Below, in pieces: positions 24,642-36,200 of a stretch of 64,000 nt of DNA. The stretch is taken from positions 832 through 64,831 of the IMG/VR virus record IMGVR_UViG_3300031998_000080, one strand, 5' to 3'. This stretch comes from a virus (lineage: Duplodnaviria > Caudoviricetes). Numbering within the stretch: position 1 is the stretch's first letter; every line of letters starts with the position of its first letter. The notes beneath the pieces were generated by a model. The model was not told the origin of the DNA, did not search any database, and worked only from the letters and a program-made list of their open reading frames with translations. A program made the translations under genes and the position numbers.

Positions 24642-25208
24642 CTATTCCTCCACGTTCTCTTCGTTCTCGCCGTACGCCCCGTCGGCCCTCGCCCTGTTCA
24701 GGTCCACGACGGCGCCGTTCTCCCGCATCTTGTCCAGCATGGTCTTTCTCTTCGCCTTCTGCCCGGCGGTGAGTGGCTTCACGGCCTCGTTTATCGCGTC
24801 GAGCACGCCCTTGTCCTTCTTCTCGTCCACCACCTCGAACTCCGACAGCACCTTGTACGCCGAGGCGAGACGGGCGGGGTCGGTCGTCTCGTTAATGACC
24901 TTCTCGGTCTGCCGGAGAATCTTCTCCTTGATGCTACGGATGGACGGGACGTCGCTGTTGGGGTCGCGCATTTCGACACCTTTGGCGTCCTCCTCGGCGA
25001 TGACCGCGTACACGGCCTCCTTGTAGTCGATGTCCCAGTCCTGGAGTTCGGCTATCGTCACGTTGGGCATCTTCATTATCTGTTGCATCTGCACGGGGCT
25101 TCCCCCGAACATGCGGTGCATCAGGTAGACGTAGGCGATTTTCCGCTTGTTCGTCCTGCTTTTCAGGTCTTTGTCCATGTCGGCGTACTTTACAATATCC
25201 GTTGGCAA
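24642..25208 (-). CDS. Hypothetical protein, possible terminase small subunit (likely start MDKDLK)
   Basis: Helical protein with an HTH-like N-terminus; function inferred only. Confidence 0.35.
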   Translation of the reverse strand: MPTDIVKYADMDKDLKSRTNKRKIAYVYLMHRMFGGSPVQMQQIMKMPNVTIAELQDWDIDYKEAVYAVIAEEDAKGVEMRDPNSDVPSIRSIKEKILRQTEKVINETTDPARLASAYKVLSEFEVVDEKKDKGVLDAINEAVKPLTAGQKAKRKTMLDKMRENGAVVDLNRARADGAYGENEENVEE

Positions 25209-25234
25209 ACATAACTATAAGTCCTCCCGATGTT

Positions 25235-25249
25235 TTCACAATTTGTGAA
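25235..25249. promoter_or_regulatory. Palindrome TTCACAA-T-TTGTGAA in a divergent late intergenic region
   Basis: Second copy at 48875..48889. Confidence 0.75.
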
Positions 25250-25304
25250 TACTTCCCGTTTCCGTATAGGTATCTTGGGCCCGTAAATCAAAACTCGCAA
25301 GGAA

Positions 25305-25493
25305 ATGAACCAGAGCATCAAATTCGTCAAGGACTCCAGCCGGGGCCTCTACGCAGAGGACGACACCGGGACGCTGGTGGCCTTCAGCCGTTCATATAAC
25401 GACGAGTCGGTCGGCATCGTCCTGATGGAGTCCGGCAAGTTCATCGAGGCCCCGCTCGCCGACTTCGAGGCGGTCTCTTCCGAGGAATCCTAA
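25305..25493 (+). CDS. Small hypothetical protein
   Basis: 62-aa ORF at the start of the rightward late operon. Confidence 0.7.
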   Translation: MNQSIKFVKDSSRGLYAEDDTGTLVAFSRSYNDESVGIVLMESGKFIEAPLADFEAVSSEES

Positions 25494-25505
25494 ACATTTC
25501 GCGCC

Positions 25506-26156
25506 ATGATATCCAGCACAGCGGCGCTTCTGATTTCCGCAGGTGTAGCCGCCGCCGGCGCCGCGGGAAGCGCATACAACAGGAACAAGGCGAAGAACGA
25601 AGAGTTGCGGTCCTATCAGGAGGCCCGCGACTTCCTCAACTCGCAGTACTACCGCGACCCGCTCACCACGGTGGGCAACCGCTCGCTTCTCAAGGCGGCC
25701 TCCGAGCGGTACGACAAGAACCTCGACGCAATCAACAACAGAATGGCGGCGGGCGGTGGCACCATGGAGAACGCCCTCGCGGCCCGTCAGTCCAACAACG
25801 AGGGCATGAGCCGGCTCTACGGACAGTTACTTCAGGGCGAGGACGCACGGCGGGACCGCATCAACGCCCAGAAACTCCAGCTCGACCAGAACCATTCCTC
25901 GGCGTTGCAGGCGAACTACAGGCAGGCGGCTCAGGACTGGCAGCAGTGGGGGGCTCAGACCTCCTCGGCGCTCATGTCCTACGGCTCTGCGTCCCTTCTC
26001 GGGAACGGTGCCGAGGTGGCCGGCGCGGGCGCTGTCGCAGACTCCGTACCACCGGACGGTCTCGTCGAAATGTACGCACCAATCAGGTCGCCGAAGGCAA
26101 TCAGCCAGGGCGTCACGGGTCTCGCAGGAGGTCTCCCGTGGGATAACAACAAGTAG
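25506..26156 (+). CDS. Putative ejection/pilot (internal virion) protein
   Basis: Gly/Ala-rich hydrophobic N-terminus (ISAGVAAAGAAGS) and Gln-rich helical body. Confidence 0.65.
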   Translation: MISSTAALLISAGVAAAGAAGSAYNRNKAKNEELRSYQEARDFLNSQYYRDPLTTVGNRSLLKAASERYDKNLDAINNRMAAGGGTMENALAARQSNNEGMSRLYGQLLQGEDARRDRINAQKLQLDQNHSSALQANYRQAAQDWQQWGAQTSSALMSYGSASLLGNGAEVAGAGAVADSVPPDGLVEMYAPIRSPKAISQGVTGLAGGLPWDNNK

Positions 26157-26161
26157 ACACT

Positions 26162-27205
26162 ATGAGCAATCCATACGCATCAATCTACGGCGAGAGCGAA
26201 GCCACGAAGCAGGCGAGGCAGACGCGGAACAACATGTTCCAGTCCTTCCTCGACACCCGCAAGAAGGCCGCCGAACAGCAGAGGACCGACGACGTGAAGA
26301 TGGCGAAGTACAACGCCCTCGGCAACGTCCTGACCTCTATGGTGCAACCCCTCGGCTGGCGTGCGGGTGGCGGTTCCACCGGCGGTGTGCAACCCTATGA
26401 CAACCGCCAGTACCTCGAGGCGTTCAACCGCGCCGTGAAGGCGTCGGACAACCTCCGCAACATCGGAACCGCCGAAGATGAGTACAAGTTCAAAATCGCG
26501 GATGAGGACTACCGCCGTATGCTCGCGCTCGACGATGAGGCGAGACGCCGTCGGCAGAAGCTCGAGGACGAGGAAATCCGTCGCAGGCAGAACAACGAGG
26601 ACTACTTCGCAAGGCTCGACCGGCAGAACGAGATCGCAAAGTCCGACTCGATGGACGACCTCTATCAGGCGAGGCGCACCGCCGCCGTCAAGGCGTACCA
26701 CGAACTGATGCGTAGCAACAGCATCCACAAGACCGGCCTCCCTTCCTTCTCCGACTTCATCAACATGGGCGGTTACGGAAGCGGGTACTACGGCGACTGG
26801 TCCCCGACCGACGCCGAAATCATGGAGTCCGGCGGTGTGGCTACCCCTGCGCCCGCCACTGCGACGGCACCCGCCACGCAGACGGCGAGACGCACCGGCT
26901 CTGGCACACGTTCGGCATCGCAGACACAGACCACTACCGAAGCGCCGAAACCCACCGAGGGTCTCACGCAGGAGGAACAGAACATCGTCTCCGTCTACTC
27001 TAAGTACGACACGAACGGGGACGGAGTCATCGACAAGAACGAGCGGAAGGTGCTGAACAGCAACAGAAGGGGGAAGGGAATCACCAAGAGGGACGCACGG
27101 AACATCAGCGCCGCCCTCACCAAGAACAGGGACCTCAAGGGTTCCGTCACCGCGCCCGCAACCGGCGGACTGAGCGCGAGAAGCATAATGAATCAGAATC
27201 AGTAG
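26162..27205 (+). CDS. Putative internal virion protein
   Basis: Charged coiled-coil; located between the pilot gene and the giant gene. Confidence 0.55.
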   Translation: MSNPYASIYGESEATKQARQTRNNMFQSFLDTRKKAAEQQRTDDVKMAKYNALGNVLTSMVQPLGWRAGGGSTGGVQPYDNRQYLEAFNRAVKASDNLRNIGTAEDEYKFKIADEDYRRMLALDDEARRRRQKLEDEEIRRRQNNEDYFARLDRQNEIAKSDSMDDLYQARRTAAVKAYHELMRSNSIHKTGLPSFSDFINMGGYGSGYYGDWSPTDAEIMESGGVATPAPATATAPATQTARRTGSGTRSASQTQTTTEAPKPTEGLTQEEQNIVSVYSKYDTNGDGVIDKNERKVLNSNRRGKGITKRDARNISAALTKNRDLKGSVTAPATGGLSARSIMNQNQ

Positions 27206-27217
27206 CAGGAAATCGAC

Positions 27218-30200
27218 ATGCCTTCGGATAAGAAAGGGAGTATCTTTCTCCAGTACCAGAACGGGACGAGCAAGTCCTTGTCACCCGACGAGTTCGAGAA
27301 AAAGAGAAGCCAGATATACGACAGCGACCCCGGAGTTCGGGCGTCGCATATCTCCCTGTACGACCGCGGGGACGAGGATATAGCGGATGACGACCGCTTC
27401 ATCATCGCGTCCGAGAACGACGAGCCGTTCGAGGTGGACGCAAAGACCTTCAAGGCCAACCGTGACGCACTATACGGCGCCGGATTCAAGAAGCTCAACG
27501 TCCAGAAGGTCCGCCCCGTCAAGTATTTCAGCGAGCAGGGGGACGAGCAGAAGGCTGTCATCAACAACCGAATCAAGGCGATTGAAGAGGCAGAGAGGGA
27601 AACCGACAAGGCCGCACGCGGTGCGTACAAGGAACGGCAGAAGGAAATGGATAAGCGTCCCTGGTGGCAGAAGGCGCTCGGTGCGCTCTCGCAGGCCGAA
27701 CGTGAGTCCAACCCCTATGTCGCAGACTTGAAGAACGCCGGCTCTCCCGACACCTATGAGGGGTGGCTGAACACGGAAGAGCGTGATTCATACGGCGCCG
27801 ACCTGAAGAACTATCAGGCGGCGAAGCGGATGCTCAAGGATGCTCAGGACCTTCAGGGCTCGCTCACGAAGGGCGAGGCGAAGAAGAACGCCGACGCGAA
27901 GGGTTTTGCCGGAAAGGTGCAGAACTTCATCAAGGGTTCCTTGCAGGGGCAGAAGCAGTATGTGATGAACGAGGAGAACTGGAGTGCCCTTCTCGGAATG
28001 GAGAACGCCGGCGCCATGTACGGACTCCAGCAGAAGATAGAGGATATCCTCGGCGACGTCCCCGAGAACGCTTCTGGAGACGACGTGGAGAAGGCTATCA
28101 AGGAAGGTCTCTCTGAGTCCGAGCGTGCGCTGTTCGATTCCGTGCAGGCGAGCGGTGCCGTCTCGGCGGCGCTTGAGGGAGAAATCGCCCCGAGCGTCAA
28201 GGCGGGACAGACGATGGCCATGTCCGAGCGGATGGGGCTTGAGTTCCTTCTGCTCAACGGCGCCGCCGGCGCTGGCGGTCGCACCGCGAAGCGTGCCGTT
28301 ACAAGATACCTCGAGAAGCGTCTCGTCAAGGACGGCCTCGGCAAGTTCGCCACGGGCGTCGCTAAGGGCGCTTCCCGTCTCGTAGGCGAGGAAGCCGGCG
28401 CACTCGTCGGTGGCGCACTCCAGACCGCCCTCGGTCCTTCCAACTATTCCGAGGTTGCGAAGAGCACACAGGAGGCGATGAAGGCGTTTATGTCCTCTCC
28501 CGCCGCCTTCATGGACCCCGAGACGAGAATCAAGTACGGCATCGAAGGCCCGCAGAAGATGGGCGAAATGGTGTGGGACGGCGCCCTTAACATGCTGTTT
28601 GAGAACGCAACCGAGTTTGGTCTCGGTCCCGTGAACAAACTGACGGGCGCAATCGGCAAGGCCGGTTACAAGGGATTCAAGAAACTCGGCTGGGACACCC
28701 TCGCCAACCTCATGTCCCCGCAGGTCAGCGCCTTCCTCAACAGAATGGGCATCCAGTCCCTCGCCGAGGAAACTGGCGAAGAGGTGAACGGCGCAATCAT
28801 CGACTATCTGCGCGGTAACAAGGAAGCAATCAAGGACTTCGCCGACTTGGAGAACATGGGCGTCCTCATGGCGTCCTTCATCCCGACCATCGGCGTCGGC
28901 GCGGGCGTCTCCGCAGTCCAGCGCGGTGTCGTGAACAACAGATACAACAAAGCGTACGAGGCGTACAAGGACTACCTCATCGACGAGAGGGGCATGTCCG
29001 AGGAAGATGCGGACAAGATTGCGTCCTCCGTCAAGGGAGAGAATCCCGAGGAACTCGGACGCAAGGCGGCCGTCCTTCTCAACGCCGTCGGCAACGGAAA
29101 CTCGCAGGGCAAGGACGTGGAGGGTCAGCTCATCCTCGACCTTCTCACCGCCGCGAGAGACCGCAACGCCGCACACGGCGCGGACCAGATCCGCCGTGAG
29201 GACGAACACGAGAAGGAGAGGGAGGAACTCTACGACAGGACCGGCAGAAAGCAGTTCTGGAGAACGAGGGAGGCCGAGCTCACCGACGAGGGCGGCACCC
29301 CGTACACGGGCGAGGAGGAATATGTGGACTACCTCACCACGGGCGGGGAGAACAACCTCTTCATCCGCAAGGAGAACTCCGACGGAAGCCTCGACACCGT
29401 GGACGAGAACGGGAACGAACGCACTCTCTCCGCTCAGGAAGTAGAGCAGGGACTGAAGGACGGGACCTTCGGCGCACGCAGAAGCATGTCCGTGGAGGAC
29501 TACCTCGACCTCCGCAACGGGGTGAAGAAAGACGCCGAGTGGAATGTTTCAAGAGAGCGCGTCTCCGCTATGGGCGCATACGAGGAAGGTCTCCAGTTCG
29601 GGGACGGTGCGTCGCACGATGACGTGTACATGACCAACCTTAACGCCAACGAAGCGCGGAACAACGCCGTCGCCCTCGGCGTGGACGAGGCGGCGCTCGA
29701 CTCCTCTCCCGAGGAAATAGCGAGAATGGCCTTCGACGAGAGGCAGGAGGGGAACCTCGAACTGGCAGACGCACTCTCCGCATACGCCAACGCAAAGGGC
29801 GCACAGCAGGGTCTGTACGACGGTTATATGGAGACCGCCACCAACCGCGCCACCGTGGCTACCGACGCCGCCATGAACGGGGCGGTCCTCAACGACGGAA
29901 CGGTCATCACCGCCAACCTCGGCGACTCTCCCGTGTATATCACCTCGGACGACGTGAACGTGGCGAGGGACGGAAGCGTGTCCGTCATCGGCGGTACACC
30001 GAAGTCTATGGTCATGGTCCGGCTCATGGACGGCACGTCCGTCCCCGTGCCGGCGTCAGACCTCTCCCGCGCGACCAAGACGCAGGCCGAGTCTTTCCGG
30101 CGCGACATGATAGACTGGTCGGTGTTCCAGGCCGAGGACCAGTACTACCAGATGGCGAACACCGTCAGCCCCGAGGGTAAGACGGCGGCGCTCGCCCCGT

Positions 30201-33200
30201 ACGTCAATCACACCATCCTCATCGAGGACCCCGAGACGGGGGACGTCAGTTCCGTAACCGTCCTCGGGGTGAACAGAAACACGGGAATGGTCACTGTGAA
30301 GGACGCAACCGGCAACGGCCCTTCCCGCTCTATCTCGGCAGAACTGCTCTACGACACGGCGCAGAAGGACGAGCAGGGCAACATTTCCCTCGACGTCACC
30401 TCTGCCGATAACAAGGTACAGCAGGCGCCGCAGGGACAGCAGGCACCCGCACCGCAGACACAGCAACCCGTTCAGGGAACGCAGGCGCAGAATCCCGCGG
30501 ACATTCAGGGCACCACGCAGACCATCATCATTGACGGAGAGCCCGTGGACGTGTTCGTCGAGCAGGCGGACAACGATTCCGTCCTATTCTCCTACGAGAA
30601 CATGAACGGGGAGACTGTGAACGGGAACATGAGCCCAGACGAGTTCCGTCAGGCGATGCAGGGAACGCAGACTCCTACACCGGCACCTGCCCCTGCGCCC
30701 ACCCCCACTCCCGAGCCGGCACCGGCCCAGGAACCCGTAGCGGAAACCGCGCCCGCCGCCACCGAAAGCGGAATCCCCCTCGACGAGAAAACTGGAGAAC
30801 CCATTTACGATGCGGAAGGAATCACTCCCGAACAGGCATACGACGACATTTACGGACGCTTCGGCGAGGACACGTCCGACGCCGACTCCTTTGTCGTGGA
30901 ACAGTCCGAGGCGGCAGACAAGGCGCTTGCGAGGGCGCAGAGGGCGGTCCTCAAGGCTGACGCCGAGAAGGCAGAGATAGACAAGTGGAAGCGCAATCCG
31001 GGCGAGGGTCTCAACGCCTTTGCCAAACGGAAGGAGGACGCCAAAGCAGAGGTGGACAAGAAAACGGCCAAGTACCGCGACGAACTACCCGAACTCCAGC
31101 GCAAGTCCGACTTCTGGAAGGAGATCAAGGAGGTCGCCGACGAGAACATAGCCGAAGCCAAGAAGGAAGCCGAACGGCAGAAACTCATCGAGCAGTACGG
31201 CGTGGACCCCCGCGGATTCAACCTCACACCGCAGACTATGGAGGAGGCGCTTGCGAACGACCTCGCAGGACTGTTCCGCTCGGGACAGAAACTCAAGCTC
31301 GGCTCGGTGCTCGACCTCGTCGGCTGGGACAAGCGGAAGGACCTCCGCAAGAACGGCTACGGCTTCGTGCTGTCGAACAAGACCGATGCCGTCCCCGTGG
31401 ACAAGTTCGTCATGGGCGTGGCCGATGACTGGCCCGGGTATATCTCCGACGAGCAGGATGCCATCAACATGGTCGGCGACCTGCTGATGAGCCACACCCG
31501 CGGAGAACTCGGTCAGCTCATCTTCAACAACCGGCTCGAAGCGGCGAGACGGCAGGCAGAGAACGAGGAAACGCCGGCAGAAGCACCCGCCACTCCCGAG
31601 GTGCCCGTGGCTGAAACACCTGAAACTCCCGTGGAGGAAACCACCGAAGTCCCCGTCGCCGAGACTCAGACCGAAGAGACCGCCGAGGAACCCGCAACCG
31701 AAGAAGCGCTCGAGGACCTGCCGGAGGACCTTCCCGAAGCAGAAGAGGAAGCTGAGACTGAAACCGAAACCGCAACGGAAGAAGAGCAGGAAGAAGAACA
31801 ACCCGAGCCCGAACAGCAGGCTCAAACCGAGGAAGAAGCACCCGAAAACAATGCCCCGAATCAGGAGGAAATGGGGCAGGAAAACGAGGCGCCCGCTTCC
31901 GAAACTCAAAAAGAATCAGTAACTTCGCAGAAGGAGGGGGAGAACGAGGCCGAGCAGGAACTGACCGAGGAAGAAATACGTAACTCCGGCTATCCCGACC
32001 CCGACATCATAGATTCCGCAGTAGACTATATCAACGGAGAAAAGGGGTTTGCGGAGACCCTTGCCTATCAACAAGTAAAGGACTATGTTAGAACTAACGG
32101 TAGAACAACTGAACAAACTGGCAGAAATGCCGGTGAAGCACAGCTGGATGGCAGACCTGTTCAAACTCCCGGGATGGGCGCAGAACGAAGTGGAGGAGAA
32201 ACTGTGTCAGTGGGTGGAGAAGGAAACGGGGAAGGGACTCCTGGCACAATGGGCGCTTCGGACAGCGGGGTACTTTCTGGAGAGACCGGGGCTCAAGCAA
32301 CTGGCGAAAACGGACAGCGTACTCGCAAGGGCGCTGTCGGAAGTCGGGACGCCGGACGACGCGGTGGAACTGATGAATCAGGACTACAACTGGCTGATGA
32401 CGCCGGCGGACAAAGCGTCGATGAAGGACGTACTGGAGAGACTGATAAGCGGGGAACTGAAGCCGGATCAATTGACATTGACGCCCTCGGAGGAGAGTTA
32501 GAAGGTCTCCTTGACGAGTTCAACAGCACCCTTCCGTCCGTCACCCGTCAGGTGAACGGAGTCGGAAGGACGCTGTATGCGAACGCACCCGAAGGAATCG
32601 CGGAAAGAGACAGGAACAGCGGAAAGCTCTCCCGAAAGAGACCCAAGAAGCAGACCGCGTCCATTTCGCTCGACGGCATGACGCCGAAACAGCAGGCGCT
32701 GGCGGCGAAGATTCTCTTCTCTTCCGCAAAACTCGGCTACGCATACGCAAAGACCGAGGGACTTACCACCTTCAACGATTTCCGCAGGTGGTTCAAGTCC
32801 AAGTTCGGCGACGCCGTGATGAAGGGGCTCAACTATGACGAGAGTTCCCTCGACGCCTTCATCGGAGAGGTCTGGAATACAAAACTGAACATCGAGGGGA
32901 AGCGCCTTCCCCTCTCTGGACATTCTTCCGAAATCCACGACCTTGAAATCAGGGATGAGCGGGATATCTCGGTAGAGGAACGTATTGCAAGACAGCAGAG
33001 GGCGAACAAGAAGGGTGTCGCCGTAATCCGCGGAAGCCGTAAGAACATAGCGGAAAGCGTACCAATCCTCACTCCCGGACAATGGGACGACCTCGTAGCC
33101 ATCGAGCGTCAGTTCTTCGACGAATCCCATAACGATTACGACCACGCATACGGAAAGGGTATGCTCGTCACGAACGGAACGGGAACGGGTAAGACCTTCA

Positions 33201-36200
33201 CGGGCCTCGGGACAATCAAGCGTTTCATCGACGAGGGCAAGGGACGCATCCTCGTTGTCGCACCTGCTTCCATGAAGAAGGAGTGGTCCGACAAGGCGAA
33301 GATGCTCGGCATCAAACTCAGCGTCCTTGAGAACACGAAGGATAAGGGAGAGGGTGCTATCGTCACCTCCTACGAGAATTTCCGAATGAACAAGGCCCTC
33401 TACGAGGACACGTTCGACCTCGTTGTCTACGACGAGTGCCAGAACATCATCGAGAACCAGCAGGGCGAGGAGACATTGGCTTTCACGGCGCACAAGCGCA
33501 TCGCCAATAAGGACATCGAAAATGCGGAGGAACGCCTTGCGAGCAACACCGAACTCGGGAAGCGGCGTTCTGAACTCGAAGCAAGGGTGCGTAGCCTGAA
33601 CACAGAGCGCAAGAAACCCAAGCCGAACAAGGCGAAGGGACAGACAAAGGACGAGCGCATCGCGGAAATCGACATAGAGAAGTCCATGCTTGAAGCGGAA
33701 ATCCAAAGCCTCACGGCTCAGATTGACGCTATCAAGCCGCAGTTCCGAGACGAAGCCGAGAAGGCCGTCAAGCGCACGAAGGTCCTGATGCTCTCTGCGA
33801 CCCCGTTCAACACCATAGCGAATCTGCGATACGGCGCCGGATTCGTGTTCAACTACCCGCAGGTGTTCAAGTCCGACGGCACAGAAGTCACCGACGAGGG
33901 ACAGAAGGAAAGCGCGTTCTGGACGGAGTGGTTCCGTGGCGATCAGCCGATGGAACAGCTGGAGGTGGAGTTCGGCGACCATCTGCTCGACGAGCTCGAG
34001 ACCTGCTACTTCCGCGAACTGGAGAACGGCTACGACTATTCCCGTGAACACCCCGACGTGTCTGGAATGATAATGGCCACTCGGTTCAATCAGGCTATGG
34101 ATGCACTGCACGGGCAGAAATACAAGCCCCTGCTCGATAATGCGGGATTCATTGACAAGCCTCAGTGGACCAGCCTTCTCTATGAGACGATGAAGGTCTC
34201 CGCCATGCGTGACCGGCTCAAGGAACACCTTGCCGCCGGACGCAAGATTGTCATCTTCCATGACCGTCTGCACCCCACGCAGTCCTCGAAGGAGAATCTT
34301 CCGCCCGTTGGCCCGCCGTTCCAGACGGTCCTCGACGTAAACCTCATGGCGAAGAACGCGCCGATAGCGCTCATCGCAGACTTCAAGCGGGATTTCGCCG
34401 ACGTCCTCAAGTGGGAGGCCGGTCTCGACTACCGTCCCGTGAACGAGCAGGTCATCGACTTCTTTGCAACCGATGAGGACCGTGCGAAATATGCCGCCGA
34501 ACGGCAGAAGCACGCTAAGGAAATCGAGGAATGGCAGAAGGAGTTGGAGACGTATCTCCGCAACCATCCCGACATGACCGACGAGGAACTGGAGGACGAC
34601 AATGACTTCCAGAAGATTCTCAAGAAACGCCCGAAGGGAACACAGCTCGAAGCGGAGTCCGTAGCCGTCTACAACGGCGAATGCACCCCGAAAGAGAAGG
34701 AGACCGCGAAGGCGCAGTTCAACGATGACAACAGTAAGGTCAAGATTATCTGCGTCACCACCCGTTCCGGCGGTGCGGGACTATCCCTGCACGACACGAC
34801 GGGCGTACATCAGAGGGTTATGATACAGACGGCCCTCCCGTTCTCTCCGATAGGATTCATCCAGGCGGAGGGTCGTACGTTCCGCTGGGGTAACAGAAGT
34901 AATGCAATCTTCGAGTACCCCCGTCTCGGTATCGAACATGAAGTGCGTGTGTTCGCCATGTCGTTCAATGCGAAGGCGGAGACCGTGGAGAACATCGCGC
35001 ACGGATTCCGTGGAAGGGGTCTCAAGGATTCCATTATGACGGGATTCTATGAGAACTCCGGCAACGTGCCGATTGACGGCGAGGGCATCGGCGGTGTGGA
35101 GAGAGACAGGCGCGGAAGCACCCTCACGGGAATGGCGAAGGCGAAGCATGATTACGAGGTCGCCCAGCGCAAGGGATTCAAGCCCGGCGATAAGTCTATC
35201 CCCGAGCCGATAGGTTTCAGCATCGCAACGTGGGCGCAGGCTACGAGCGGTGATACCGCACTTGTTCCGTTCGCGGGACGTGGAAGTATCGCACGTTACG
35301 TCCCCACCGGCATCACGCTCGGTGTAATGGAGACCGACCCGTCCTTGCAGACAGACCTGCTGTGCACCGCCGGACGCCCCGAACTGAAACTCCGCGAAGG
35401 TTTGTTCGGAGAACTGAATCCAATCAATAAGGCCGACGTGGTCCTGCTTGACGGCAACTACGACGAAATGACGGTAGACCCTATCGGTTCCATGAGAAAG
35501 GGCTTTTCTCACCTCTCCGAGGGTGGCCGTATGATTGCGATTATCCCCGACAAGTACAATGCGACCGCGGAACTCGGTGCGCTCGCTAAGGACGGCGCCC
35601 TGACACGCATGATTATCGGTGTCGGGAAGGGTGTCCTGGACGGTAACAACGAGCCGATGGACATTGTCATCGTGGACAAGGTCACGCGCAAGGAACTCCG
35701 AAACAACGCGCCGGCCGCTATAATCAACGACCTTACGAATCTCACGAAGGAACAGCTGTTCGACCAGCTCGAGAACATCAAGGTCCCCGAGCGAATCGTG
35801 GACGTTCAAGCTATCAAGTCAAAGAAGGTCAAGGCCGTTCTGACGGAACTGAGAAAGAACAAACTCATCGGTAAAGCCGAACTCCAGCGCGAGGAAACCG
35901 ATAACCCGCAGGTCTATATCTATATGACCGAAAGGTTCGGAAAGGGCATGAACCAGTCGAGATTCAGCCTCGAGTCATGCGATAACTCCTATTGGATTGA
36001 CACCTCCAAGTGGCAGTACATCCGCTTCTCGAAAGCGGAAAAGGTCAATCAGGATAATCCGCTCATCCAGAACTATCAATGGCTGAAGGAGACCCTTGCC
36101 CTCACGGACGGCGAGTTCCGCAAAAAGACAAGGACGTACGATGCAAGGCAGGAGGACGTGGAGGCTCTGAAGGACCTCTACCGCTCGTACATGAAACTCA

